Positions 1 to 8,107 of a DNA stretch of 64,000 nucleotides are shown one piece after another. The position numbers were made by a program, and so were the translations under genes. The notes under the pieces were generated by a model. It ran no database searches. It was not told where the DNA came from and saw only the letters and a list, made by a program, of their open reading frames with translations. The DNA comes from Gemmatimonadales bacterium. Its GTDB lineage: Bacteria; Gemmatimonadota; Gemmatimonadetes; Palauibacterales; Palauibacteraceae. Where the stretch lies: assembly GCA_037385645.1 (NCBI GenBank), contig JARRMU010000007.1, positions 8,040 through 72,039 of the forward strand. Reading direction: 5' to 3'. Numbering within the stretch: position 1 is the first letter of the stretch; each line of letters opens with the position of its first letter.

Positions 1-302
1 GATCCGGCCTCTGCGGGGAGGGACGCCACTTTCTTGGACTCGATCAGCGACTCCATGAAATCCTGCCGTTCGCCGAGAAGCGCCATGCGCTGATCGATTC
101 CCTCGACGAGCTGACGGATCTCCCGAACGCCCAGCTCCAGCCGCTCGAGCCGGTCCCGGTCCGGGGAGCTCTCGTGGCGCAGCTTGATCCACTCCTCGAG
201 CACTCTCCCGAGGCGGCGACTCAAAGGAAAGAGGAGGATGAAGATTCCGATCATGAACGTGGCGATCAGCGGGGCGATTGCGTCGACCATGCCTGGAGGC
301 AT
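1..302 (-). CDS. Small membrane protein, partial (runs off the window start). Single N-terminal TM helix followed by a charged coiled-coil-like tail; weak PspB-like resemblance.
   Basis: Reverse translation from ATG at 300-302 gives MPPGMVDAIAPLIATFMIGIFILLFPLSRRLGRVLEEWIKLRHESSPDRDRLERLELGVREIRQLVEGIDQRMALLGERQDFMESLIESKK with no stop before position 1. Not in the ORF track because it is open-ended. Confidence 0.35.
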   Translation of the reverse strand, partial: MPPGMVDAIAPLIATFMIGIFILLFPLSRRLGRVLEEWIKLRHESSPDRDRLERLELGVREIRQLVEGIDQRMALLGERQDFMESLIESKKVASLPAEAG

Positions 303-403
303 CTTGGATCCTTGTCGTGTCGCGGTTGTGGATGGTGGGGAGAACCTCCGAATCTGACGTTCCCGACTAATTTACGACACTTCGACCGGGGGGGTTTCAA
401 AGC

Positions 404-955
404 GTGAGTACGGATGTCGCAACCTTGGGCGGCGGGTGCTTCTGGTGCCTGGAGGCCGTGTTCGAGCTGCTGGAAGGGGTCGAGCGGGTGGAGTCGGGCT
501 ACGCAGGTGGCAGTGCGCCTAGCCCCACGTACGAGCAGGTCTGCGCTGGGGTCACGGGACATGCCGAGGTCGTGCAGGTCACCTTCGATCCCCACGTGAT
601 CGGCTTCCGAGAGATCCTGGAGGTGTTCTTCGCCACGCACGACCCGACGACCCTGAACCGACAGGGGCCGGATGTGGGGACCCAGTACCGCTCGGCCATC
701 TTCTATCACTCGGAGGCCCAGAAGGAGACGGCGCAGGAGCTGATCGCCGAGCTGGAACGGGAGAGTGTGTTTCCCGGCGCGATCGTGACGGAGGTGGCCG
801 CTCTCGAAGAGTTCTTTCCAGCCGAGGCATATCACCAGGAGTTCTTCCGCAACAACCCGAACCAGCCTTACTGCACGTTTCTCATAGATCCGAAGGTGGC
901 GAAGTTCCGGCAGCGGTTCGCCGACCGCCTCAAGAGCTCTCCTCCAGGCGTTTAG
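404..955 (+). CDS. msrA: Peptide methionine sulfoxide reductase MsrA
   Basis: 183 aa. N-terminal GGGCFWCLEAVF active-site motif and overall MsrA-length conservation (SAIFYHSEAQKE, EAYHQEFF). Confidence 0.9.
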   Translation: MSTDVATLGGGCFWCLEAVFELLEGVERVESGYAGGSAPSPTYEQVCAGVTGHAEVVQVTFDPHVIGFREILEVFFATHDPTTLNRQGPDVGTQYRSAIFYHSEAQKETAQELIAELERESVFPGAIVTEVAALEEFFPAEAYHQEFFRNNPNQPYCTFLIDPKVAKFRQRFADRLKSSPPGV

Positions 956-966
956 CGAGGAGCGGG

Positions 967-2367
967 ATGACGGCACGCCCCGACTCGCTCGGGCCCGAGA
1001 AGCCGCGTGTGGTGATCGTGGGCGGGGGGTTCGCTGGCCTGGAGGCGGCCAGGGCGCTGGCCGGTGCCGACGCCGAGGTGGTGCTCATTGACCGGCACAA
1101 CCACCATCTCTTCCAGCCTCTCCTCTACCAGATAGCGACGGCGGCACTGTCGCCCGCTAACATCGCGGCGCCGATCCGTAAGATCCTCGCCCGGCAGGAG
1201 AACTGTGAGGTGATCATGTCCGAGGTCACGGATGTCGACCTCGGGGCGCGAACCGTCACGATGACGGATCAGAAGTACGCCTACGACTACCTTGTGCTGG
1301 CCGCCGGCGCGCGTACCAACTACTTCGGTCACGACGTCTGGTCGGACGTGGCTCCGGGCTTGAAAAACATCGCCGAGGCCATCGATGTGCGCAGCCGCTT
1401 CCTGCTGGCGTTCGAGCAGGCGGAGATCGAGACGGACGAGGAGGCGCGGCGGGCCGCGCTCACGTTCGCCATCGTCGGCGCAGGCCCGACGGGCGTGGAG
1501 CTGGCGGGCGCGATGGCGGAGATTGCCCGTCAGACGCTGCGGGCCGATTTCAGACACATCGATACGAGCACCGTACGGGTCGTGCTCATCGACGCGGAGG
1601 ACCGCGTGCTGTCGACGTTCACGCCGGAGCTGTCCGATCGAGCGAAGCGCGATCTAGAGCAGCTGGGTGTCGAGGTCGTGCTCGGCACGAAGGTCGTCGA
1701 TGTTCAGCCCGGTCTGCTGACCGTCGAGACACCGAGTGGAGGGGAGAGGATCGAGGCGGCAAACGTGTTCTGGGCTGCCGGCGTCCGCGGTGTCCGGCTG
1801 GGGGAGACGCTGGGCGTGGAGCTCGACGGCGGTGGGCGGTTGATCGTTGGCGACGATCTTACGATTCCCGGGCGCGCCGAAGTGTTCGTGGTGGGGGACC
1901 TGGCTCATCGGGACGATCCTCACACGGAGGAGATCGTGCCCGGCGTCGCTCAAGGCGCGATCCAGATGGGCCGCTTTGCAGGGGAGACGATCGCGGCCGA
2001 GGTGCGGGCGATGGCTCGCGGAAGGCCGGTCCCCGATCGTGGCGTCTTCATCTACCGGGACAAGGGCTCGATGGCCACGATCGGTCGCAACCGGGCGATC
2101 GCCGACATCCGCGGGCTACGCTTCGGCGGCTACCTCGCCTTCCTGGCCTGGGCCTTCATCCACGTCCTTTCCCTGATCGGATTTCGCCGCCGGCTGATGG
2201 TGATGCTGGAGTGGATGTGGAGCTACCTGACGTTCGGCCGCGGCGTGCGGCTCATCACCGGAGAGGATCAGGTTCCGAAGCCCGTGCGGCCGCCTCCGGA
2301 TCCACGACTGATCGGCCGCGGGCCCGCAGTGCCGAGTACGACAGACCCGGGACCGAGGTCCGACTAG
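967..2367 (+). CDS. ndh: Type II NADH:quinone oxidoreductase (NDH-2), FAD-dependent pyridine nucleotide-disulfide oxidoreductase
   Basis: 466 aa. Two Rossmann dinucleotide motifs: VVIVGGGFAGLEAA and FAIVGAGPTGVELAGA. C-terminal amphipathic/membrane-anchoring tail. Confidence 0.85.
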   Translation: MTARPDSLGPEKPRVVIVGGGFAGLEAARALAGADAEVVLIDRHNHHLFQPLLYQIATAALSPANIAAPIRKILARQENCEVIMSEVTDVDLGARTVTMTDQKYAYDYLVLAAGARTNYFGHDVWSDVAPGLKNIAEAIDVRSRFLLAFEQAEIETDEEARRAALTFAIVGAGPTGVELAGAMAEIARQTLRADFRHIDTSTVRVVLIDAEDRVLSTFTPELSDRAKRDLEQLGVEVVLGTKVVDVQPGLLTVETPSGGERIEAANVFWAAGVRGVRLGETLGVELDGGGRLIVGDDLTIPGRAEVFVVGDLAHRDDPHTEEIVPGVAQGAIQMGRFAGETIAAEVRAMARGRPVPDRGVFIYRDKGSMATIGRNRAIADIRGLRFGGYLAFLAWAFIHVLSLIGFRRRLMVMLEWMWSYLTFGRGVRLITGEDQVPKPVRPPPDPRLIGRGPAVPSTTDPGPRSD

Positions 2368-2398
2368 AGGGCGGGAGGCCGGCTAGAGGTACGGGCGC

Positions 2399-2701
2399 TT
2401 AGAAGTCGTCGAAACCGCCGAAGTCCTCGAAGCCGCCCATGTCTTCAAAGCCGGCCGACGGCAGCGGCACAGCCTCGGGGATGTCCACGTCGGGATAGCC
2501 GATCCCACCGCCGCCACCACCGATGTAGATGGGACCTCCGTAGCCGTAGCGCGGGCCGTATCCCCACCAGGGGCCGCCGACGCCGACCCCCACGGAGTAA
2601 TGAACGGGCGTGCTCCGCACGTTGTTCGAGCACCCGGCCAGCGCCGGGGCGAGGATTCCGAGAGCGACGATCCCGAAGAGCAGGCTCCGCAAGGTTCTCA
2701 T
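2399..2701 (-). CDS. Small glycine-rich lipoprotein (hypothetical)
   Basis: 100 aa. Signal peptide plus lipobox (ILAPALAGCS), a Gly/Tyr-rich core and an acidic C-terminus with repeated GGFEDxGGFDDF. Overlaps the upstream VOC gene by 4 nt. Confidence 0.45.
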   Translation of the reverse strand: MRTLRSLLFGIVALGILAPALAGCSNNVRSTPVHYSVGVGVGGPWWGYGPRYGYGGPIYIGGGGGGIGYPDVDIPEAVPLPSAGFEDMGGFEDFGGFDDF

Positions 2702-3600
2702 TCCGGGCTCCTCTCTGAATCATGGACGAAGACCGCGAGCGCCGCGCCGGTCGGGTCGACGATGACCGCGGCCAGGCCCTCGGCGAACTCGGGATCCGGC
2801 TCGATGACCACCTGGCCTCCGAGCGCCACGGCCTTCTCTACCGTCACGGCAAGATCGTCGACGGCCACGTAGGGTAGCCATCCGGATCCTGCGTCTCCCC
2901 TCTCCAGCTCGACGACGCCAGCCTGCGGTTCACCGGCCACCTTGAGGACGCGGTAGGGCTCGTCGCCCCGAATCTGCAGCCCGCCCGCCGTGTAACCGAG
3001 CGAGACGTAGAAGGCAAGAGAGCCGGCGAGGTCGGACGTCCAGAGCTCGACCCAGCCGAAGTCACCCGCCGCCGGCCTCCGATCGGGAGGATCGCCGCCG
3101 CTCGCCCTCAGGAACGCCACGTCCGCGCCCTGGGGGTCGGTGACGAACGCCGTGCGGCCGCGATCCTTCAGGTCCTCGGGCGGATCGTGTACGACCCCCC
3201 CGGCTTCCCTCGTCTGCTCGGCGGCGCGGTCGACGTCGGGGACGGAGATCGAGCCGATCCACAGCGAGGCGTCTCCATCCGCCTCCGGGTCGGCCACGAT
3301 CCCCGCGATCATCCGGCTTTGGTTCTGGACGACCGTGTAGCGTACGTCTCCCTCCGCCAGATCGGAGAATCCCCACCCGAACAGCTCTCCGTAGAAGCGC
3401 TTCGCGGCTGCGACATCGTTTGTCGCGAGATCGAACCAGACGAACTTGCCGTACTGGAACTTCCCGGTGCTGGGCTGGGTCACGCGCGGTACGCGCACCT
3501 CCATGGGCCCACAGGCCGGCAGCAGGACGGACAGAGCCAGGACCGCAGCCGAGACGTAGCGCGATGGGAGCAGAGAGCGTCCTTCGTTGAACATGGTCAT
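2698..3600 (-). CDS. VOC (glyoxalase/bleomycin-resistance/dioxygenase) family protein, tandem VOC domains, lipoprotein signal
   Basis: 300 aa. N-terminal signal with LLPACG lipobox. FQYGKFVWFDLATNDVAAAKRFYGELFGWGF is typical of the VOC fold; a second repeat follows (FGWVELWTSDLAGSLAFY). Confidence 0.7.
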   Translation of the reverse strand: MTMFNEGRSLLPSRYVSAAVLALSVLLPACGPMEVRVPRVTQPSTGKFQYGKFVWFDLATNDVAAAKRFYGELFGWGFSDLAEGDVRYTVVQNQSRMIAGIVADPEADGDASLWIGSISVPDVDRAAEQTREAGGVVHDPPEDLKDRGRTAFVTDPQGADVAFLRASGGDPPDRRPAAGDFGWVELWTSDLAGSLAFYVSLGYTAGGLQIRGDEPYRVLKVAGEPQAGVVELERGDAGSGWLPYVAVDDLAVTVEKAVALGGQVVIEPDPEFAEGLAAVIVDPTGAALAVFVHDSERSPE

Positions 3601-3691
3601 CCTTTCATGTCACCATCTCGCCAAGGTGGGAGCTGCAGCCGCTCTACCGGTTGCGCTCCGCCGCTCCAAGATGCGGGCTGCGGCCGGCGGA

Positions 3692-6600
3692 TCAAGCCCC
3701 GGCCGGTGCCTCGGAGGGTGCTGGACCCATCGGCTGGGGTGAAACCCGGGCCGCCTCGGCCGCCTCGTCTCCGCCGTAGGGGATCCGGAAGAAGATCGTG
3801 TAGAGCACCGGCACCACGATCAACGTAAGAACGGTGGCTACGAGCAGCCCGGCCATGATCGTGACCGCCATCGAAATGAAGAAGGCGTCGGTGAGTAGCG
3901 GGATCATCCCAAGGATCGTGGTGGCGGCGGCCATCATGACGGGGCGCATTCTCGCCACGCCCGAATCCACCACGGCGTGGAAGCGGTTCTTCCCGGTCTC
4001 GATCTGCCGGCCGATTTCCTCCACGAGGACGATCGCGTTCTTGATCAGCATCCCGATCAGGCTCAGGAATCCGAGCAGGGCCATGAAGCCGAACGGTTGC
4101 CGGAAGAGCAGCAGTCCGGCCGTCACGCCGATGATCGCCAGCGGTGCCGTCAGCCAGATGACGAGCGTCTTCTTGATCGAGTTGAACAGCAGGATCACGA
4201 TCAGGATCATGAGGCCGAAGAAGATCGGGAGCGAGGCGGCGAGCCCGGCCTGCGCCCGCGAGCCATCCTCGGCCTCTCCCCCCCAGGCGATGAAGTAGCC
4301 GGGCATGCCCTTGATCGGAATCTGATCCATCTCGACGATCGGGATCGTGCTCGCGGTCAAGGTCTCGAGCGGATCCCGGTCCCCGAAGTCCTTCCCGGTG
4401 TAGGCGGCCAGGTCCACGTTGAGCGCTCGCTCGATGCGGGGCTTGACCCGGTCGAGCAGCTCGCTCGCCAGCTCTCCGTCCGGGTCCGCGTGGACGCGGA
4501 TCGTTCGGTTTCGGTTCCAGCGGAAGCGGGTCGCGTCCTCCCAGATGGTCTCGAAGCCGGCGAGGATCTGGCGCATCGGGATGTTCCGGCCGGCCGCCGC
4601 GCTCCAGATCTGGAGGTCGCGGATGTTGTCCACGTCGTCCCGCTCGTAGTCCGGCGCCCGTGCCACGATCGGCAGGAGCTCGTCGCGCTCGCGGTACACG
4701 CCCGTCTGCGCTCCCTGGAAGGCGACGCGCAGCTGCTTGGCCAGCTCGGGCCGCTCGATCCCGAGCTGACGCGCCTGAGCCTCTGCCAGGACTGGTTGAA
4801 CCGCCTTAACCCTCTCCCTCCACTCGTCCCGGACCCCCTTGCCGCCTTCCTCGCGGAGGATGTCCTTCACCGTCGCCGCCATCTCGCGCAGGATCGTCCC
4901 GTCCGGGCCGCTGATACGGAGCTGGATCTGGCCACCCTCCCCCGGTCCGAGACGGAACTTCCGGATGTTGACGATCGCTTCGGGCAGCAACTCCTGGAGC
5001 TCTCGCTGGCTCCTCGCCTGCAGATCGTCGATGATCGTCCAATCGTTCACGTCCACGAACATGGCGCCGAACGAGGAGCTGGCCGGGTTGGGCGTATAGG
5101 TGAGGAGGAAGCGCAAATCCCCGCCCCCGATCGCGGTCGAGACGTGCGTGACTCCCTCCAGGCCCATGAAGTATTCCTCCGCCTTCGCCAGCTCCCGCTC
5201 CGTATCGCGGATGTGGGTGCCCTCCGGCAGCCAGATGTCCGCGAAGAACTGCGGCCGCGTGGAGTTCGGGAAGAACATGTTGCTGACGAAGCCAAATCCC
5301 CACAGGGAGACGAGGAAGATCCCGATGATGGCGCCCATGGTGAGCCACCGTCGTCGAATCGCGCCCGACAGCAGGGCCTTGTATGCCCCGTAAAACTTTC
5401 CGCCGTACGCGTCCTTCGCCTCCTCTCCTGCGCTCTCCTTCTTTCCTTTGAGAAACATCTTTCCGACGAGCGGCGTGGTGGTGATGGCCGTCACCCAGCT
5501 GAGCATGAGGGAGATCAGGATGACCGTGTAGAGCGAGCGGCAGTACTCGCCGGTGCTGTCCTGAGACGTGCCGATCGCCGCAAAGGCGAGGATCGCGATC
5601 ACGGTGGCGCCGAGGAGGGGGATCATGTTCTGGCCGACGACTTCGGAGGCGGCTTTGATGCGGTCCATCCCCTGCTCGATCCGCACCTGCATCCCGTCGA
5701 CGACGACGATCGCGTTGTCGACCAACATCCCCAGGGCGATGATCAGCGCGCCGAGGGAGATCCGCTCCAGGATCACTCCCTGCAGCTGCATGAAGACGAA
5801 GGTGCCGAAGATCGTGAGGAAGAGAATCCCACCGATGATCGCGCCGCTGCGGATCCCCATGAAGATCATCAGGACGACGAACACGATCGCCACGGCCTCG
5901 AGCAGGTTAACCATGAAGCCGCCGATCGCCGCGGTCACGGCCTCCGATTGCAGCGACACCGCCCCGATCTCCATTCCGAGCGGCGTCTGGGCCTGAAGCT
6001 GCTCGAGCTTCCGCTGCAGAGCATCGCCCATCGTTACCACGTTGCCGCCCGCGACGGTGGAGATGCCGATCGCGATGCCCGGTTTCCCATCGTAGCGGAT
6101 GATCTGGGTGGGCGGATCCCGATATCCGCGCCGGATGGCCGCCACGTCCTTCAGGTAGACGAGCCCGCCCTCTCCTCCGCGGGTGGTGATGAGGAGCTCG
6201 CCGAACTCCTTCTCGGACTGGAACTCGCCGGTCGGGACGATCGCGATGTAGTTGAGGCCGAGCTCTACGCGGCCCGCGTCCGCCGGCAGGTTCTTCGCCT
6301 GCAGCGACCGAAAGATGTCGTCCTGCGAGATTCCAAGAGCGGCCATCTTGGCCCGCGACATCTCCACGTAGATGGTCTCTGGATTGTGTCCCCAGAGGAT
6401 GACCCGCTTCACGTCCTGAACGAGCAGGAGCTCCCGGCGGAGGAGCTTCGCGTACTCGTACAGCTCGGCCATCGTGTAGCCCTCGCCCGTCAAGACCGCG
6501 TAGATGCCGTAGACGTCGCCGAAGTCGTCGTTGACGATCGATGGCCCCGCGCCAGGCGGCAGTCGTCCCTGGTAGTCGTTCACTTTGCGCCGCAGCTCGT

Positions 6601-6925
6601 CCCACACCTGCGGGAGCGCCGCGGCGTCGTACTGGTCCTTGATCGTCGCCTTGACGGACGACATCCCGCGCGTGGACGTTGACTGAACCCGTTTGAGCTG
6701 CCCCAGCTCCTGGACGGCCCGCTCGATGACGTCGGACACCTCCTCCTCGACCTCGGCGGCCGAAGCGCCAGGATAGGGCGTGTTGATGATCGCTTCCTTG
6801 ATGGTGAACTCGGGGTCCTCGAGCCTCGAGAGACTGTTGAAGGAGGTGTATCCTACGACGAGGAGCAGGATGCTAAGCGTCCACGTGATCGTGCTCTTCC
6901 GGATGGCGAGCTCGGCGATGTTCAT
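3692..6925 (-). CDS. RND family efflux transporter permease (AcrB/CzcA-like)
   Basis: 1077 aa. 12-TM architecture with two large periplasmic loops; N-terminal motif MNIAELAIRKSTITWTLSILLLVVG matches the AcrB/HAE family start. Confidence 0.9.
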   Translation of the reverse strand: MNIAELAIRKSTITWTLSILLLVVGYTSFNSLSRLEDPEFTIKEAIINTPYPGASAAEVEEEVSDVIERAVQELGQLKRVQSTSTRGMSSVKATIKDQYDAAALPQVWDELRRKVNDYQGRLPPGAGPSIVNDDFGDVYGIYAVLTGEGYTMAELYEYAKLLRRELLLVQDVKRVILWGHNPETIYVEMSRAKMAALGISQDDIFRSLQAKNLPADAGRVELGLNYIAIVPTGEFQSEKEFGELLITTRGGEGGLVYLKDVAAIRRGYRDPPTQIIRYDGKPGIAIGISTVAGGNVVTMGDALQRKLEQLQAQTPLGMEIGAVSLQSEAVTAAIGGFMVNLLEAVAIVFVVLMIFMGIRSGAIIGGILFLTIFGTFVFMQLQGVILERISLGALIIALGMLVDNAIVVVDGMQVRIEQGMDRIKAASEVVGQNMIPLLGATVIAILAFAAIGTSQDSTGEYCRSLYTVILISLMLSWVTAITTTPLVGKMFLKGKKESAGEEAKDAYGGKFYGAYKALLSGAIRRRWLTMGAIIGIFLVSLWGFGFVSNMFFPNSTRPQFFADIWLPEGTHIRDTERELAKAEEYFMGLEGVTHVSTAIGGGDLRFLLTYTPNPASSSFGAMFVDVNDWTIIDDLQARSQRELQELLPEAIVNIRKFRLGPGEGGQIQLRISGPDGTILREMAATVKDILREEGGKGVRDEWRERVKAVQPVLAEAQARQLGIERPELAKQLRVAFQGAQTGVYRERDELLPIVARAPDYERDDVDNIRDLQIWSAAAGRNIPMRQILAGFETIWEDATRFRWNRNRTIRVHADPDGELASELLDRVKPRIERALNVDLAAYTGKDFGDRDPLETLTASTIPIVEMDQIPIKGMPGYFIAWGGEAEDGSRAQAGLAASLPIFFGLMILIVILLFNSIKKTLVIWLTAPLAIIGVTAGLLLFRQPFGFMALLGFLSLIGMLIKNAIVLVEEIGRQIETGKNRFHAVVDSGVARMRPVMMAAATTILGMIPLLTDAFFISMAVTIMAGLLVATVLTLIVVPVLYTIFFRIPYGGDEAAEAARVSPQPMGPAPSEAPAGA

Positions 6926-6946
6926 CGGCAGGCGCGTCTCCCTATC

Positions 6947-8107
6947 CTAGCTGTCCATCAGGCGGACTTGCTGGCCTTCCTCGAGCTGATGTATCCCCGC
7001 CACGGCGATGGTCTCACCCGGCGCCAGGCCGTCCAGCACGACGATGCTCTCCGTCCCGGTGACGGGTCCGATGCGCACGGGACGGCTGTGCACGGTCTCG
7101 GCCTGGGTGTCGACCACCCACACCTGCGCGGCCCCGGATGGGTCCGAGAAGACGGCGTGCGCCGGGACCGTGATCGGCAGGTCTTCGTCCTCGCCTAGCC
7201 GAAGGTCCGAGACGATGACGAGCGCCGTCATCCCGGGCAGGACGTTCAAATCGGTGGGCTGGGGCATCGTGAAGGTGATCGGAAACGTCTGAGTCGCCGG
7301 ATCGGCAGCCACGGCGAACTCCTTGACCCGCATCGGATAGGAACGATTGGGCGCGGCGTCGAAGGTCGTCACGATGGTGGGACGGCTGCCCGCCCGCAGC
7401 GTGGCCATGATCGACTCGGGGACGTTGATCACGATCTCCACTTCTTCGAGGTCGTGCAGGCTGAGGATGGGCTCTTTGGCGGCCACGTCCTCGAAATTCT
7501 CCACGTACTTGAACCCGACCTGGCCGGTGAAGGGTGCGCGGAGCTCGGTGTCCCTGAGGTCGGCCTGCGCCTGCTCGAAGCGTGCCCTGGCCACATCGCG
7601 ACGGGCGGTGGCCAGCTCCAGATCCGCCAGAGGCACCGCTTCACGTTCGTACAGCCGGCGGTAGCGCTGCGCATCCGCCTCCGCCTGGTCATACGCGGCC
7701 TTGGCCTCGGCCAGCGCGATCCGGTAATCGCGAGGGTCGATGCGGGCCAGAAGCTGCCCCTGCCGGACCTGATCCCCCTCGTTGACCGGGAACTCGATCA
7801 GCGGCCCCGCTACGCGGAACGACAGCTCGGCCCGGTCCGCCGCCTGGGTCGTACCGGGGAAGGTGAGGCGGCCGCCACTCATCCCGCCGACGACCATCGT
7901 GCTGATCGGGCGCGCGACCGGGGGCGGCTCGACCTCCGCGCCTCCGCCGCATCCGGATGCGGCCAGAGCGGCGACGAGCGGCAGAAGGAGGCCTCGTTTC
8001 GCTGCCGGCGGTCTGGTCATGATTTCTTCTCTTCGGTTCGTGTCGGGTCCGGTAGTCGGCCACTCGGGCTGTCTGTTCATCACTGCCAGTTCGTCGAGTT
8101 GGGTCAC
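6947..8107 (-). CDS. RND efflux periplasmic adaptor (membrane fusion protein)
   Basis: 386 aa. Lipoprotein signal (AALAASGCGG); coiled-coil hairpin (EAKAAYDQAEADAQRYRRLYE ... ARARFEQAQADLRDTEL); beta-barrel and MP domains. Abuts the permease gene. Confidence 0.85.
   Translation of the reverse strand: MTQLDELAVMNRQPEWPTTGPDTNRREEIMTRPPAAKRGLLLPLVAALAASGCGGGAEVEPPPVARPISTMVVGGMSGGRLTFPGTTQAADRAELSFRVAGPLIEFPVNEGDQVRQGQLLARIDPRDYRIALAEAKAAYDQAEADAQRYRRLYEREAVPLADLELATARRDVARARFEQAQADLRDTELRAPFTGQVGFKYVENFEDVAAKEPILSLHDLEEVEIVINVPESIMATLRAGSRPTIVTTFDAAPNRSYPMRVKEFAVAADPATQTFPITFTMPQPTDLNVLPGMTALVIVSDLRLGEDEDLPITVPAHAVFSDPSGAAQVWVVDTQAETVHSRPVRIGPVTGTESIVVLDGLAPGETIAVAGIHQLEEGQQVRLMDS

Noticed and set aside
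266-976. 236-aa minus-strand ORF and 174..407 plus ORF
   Set aside because: Overlap and antisense to msrA and the partial membrane-protein gene.
3977-6682. 901-aa ORF on the plus strand (and 4806..5348, 5907..6605 minus-frame ORFs)
   Set aside because: Antisense or out-of-frame shadow of the RND permease gene. Arg/Asp/His-rich composition is typical of high-GC antisense frames, with no domain signal.
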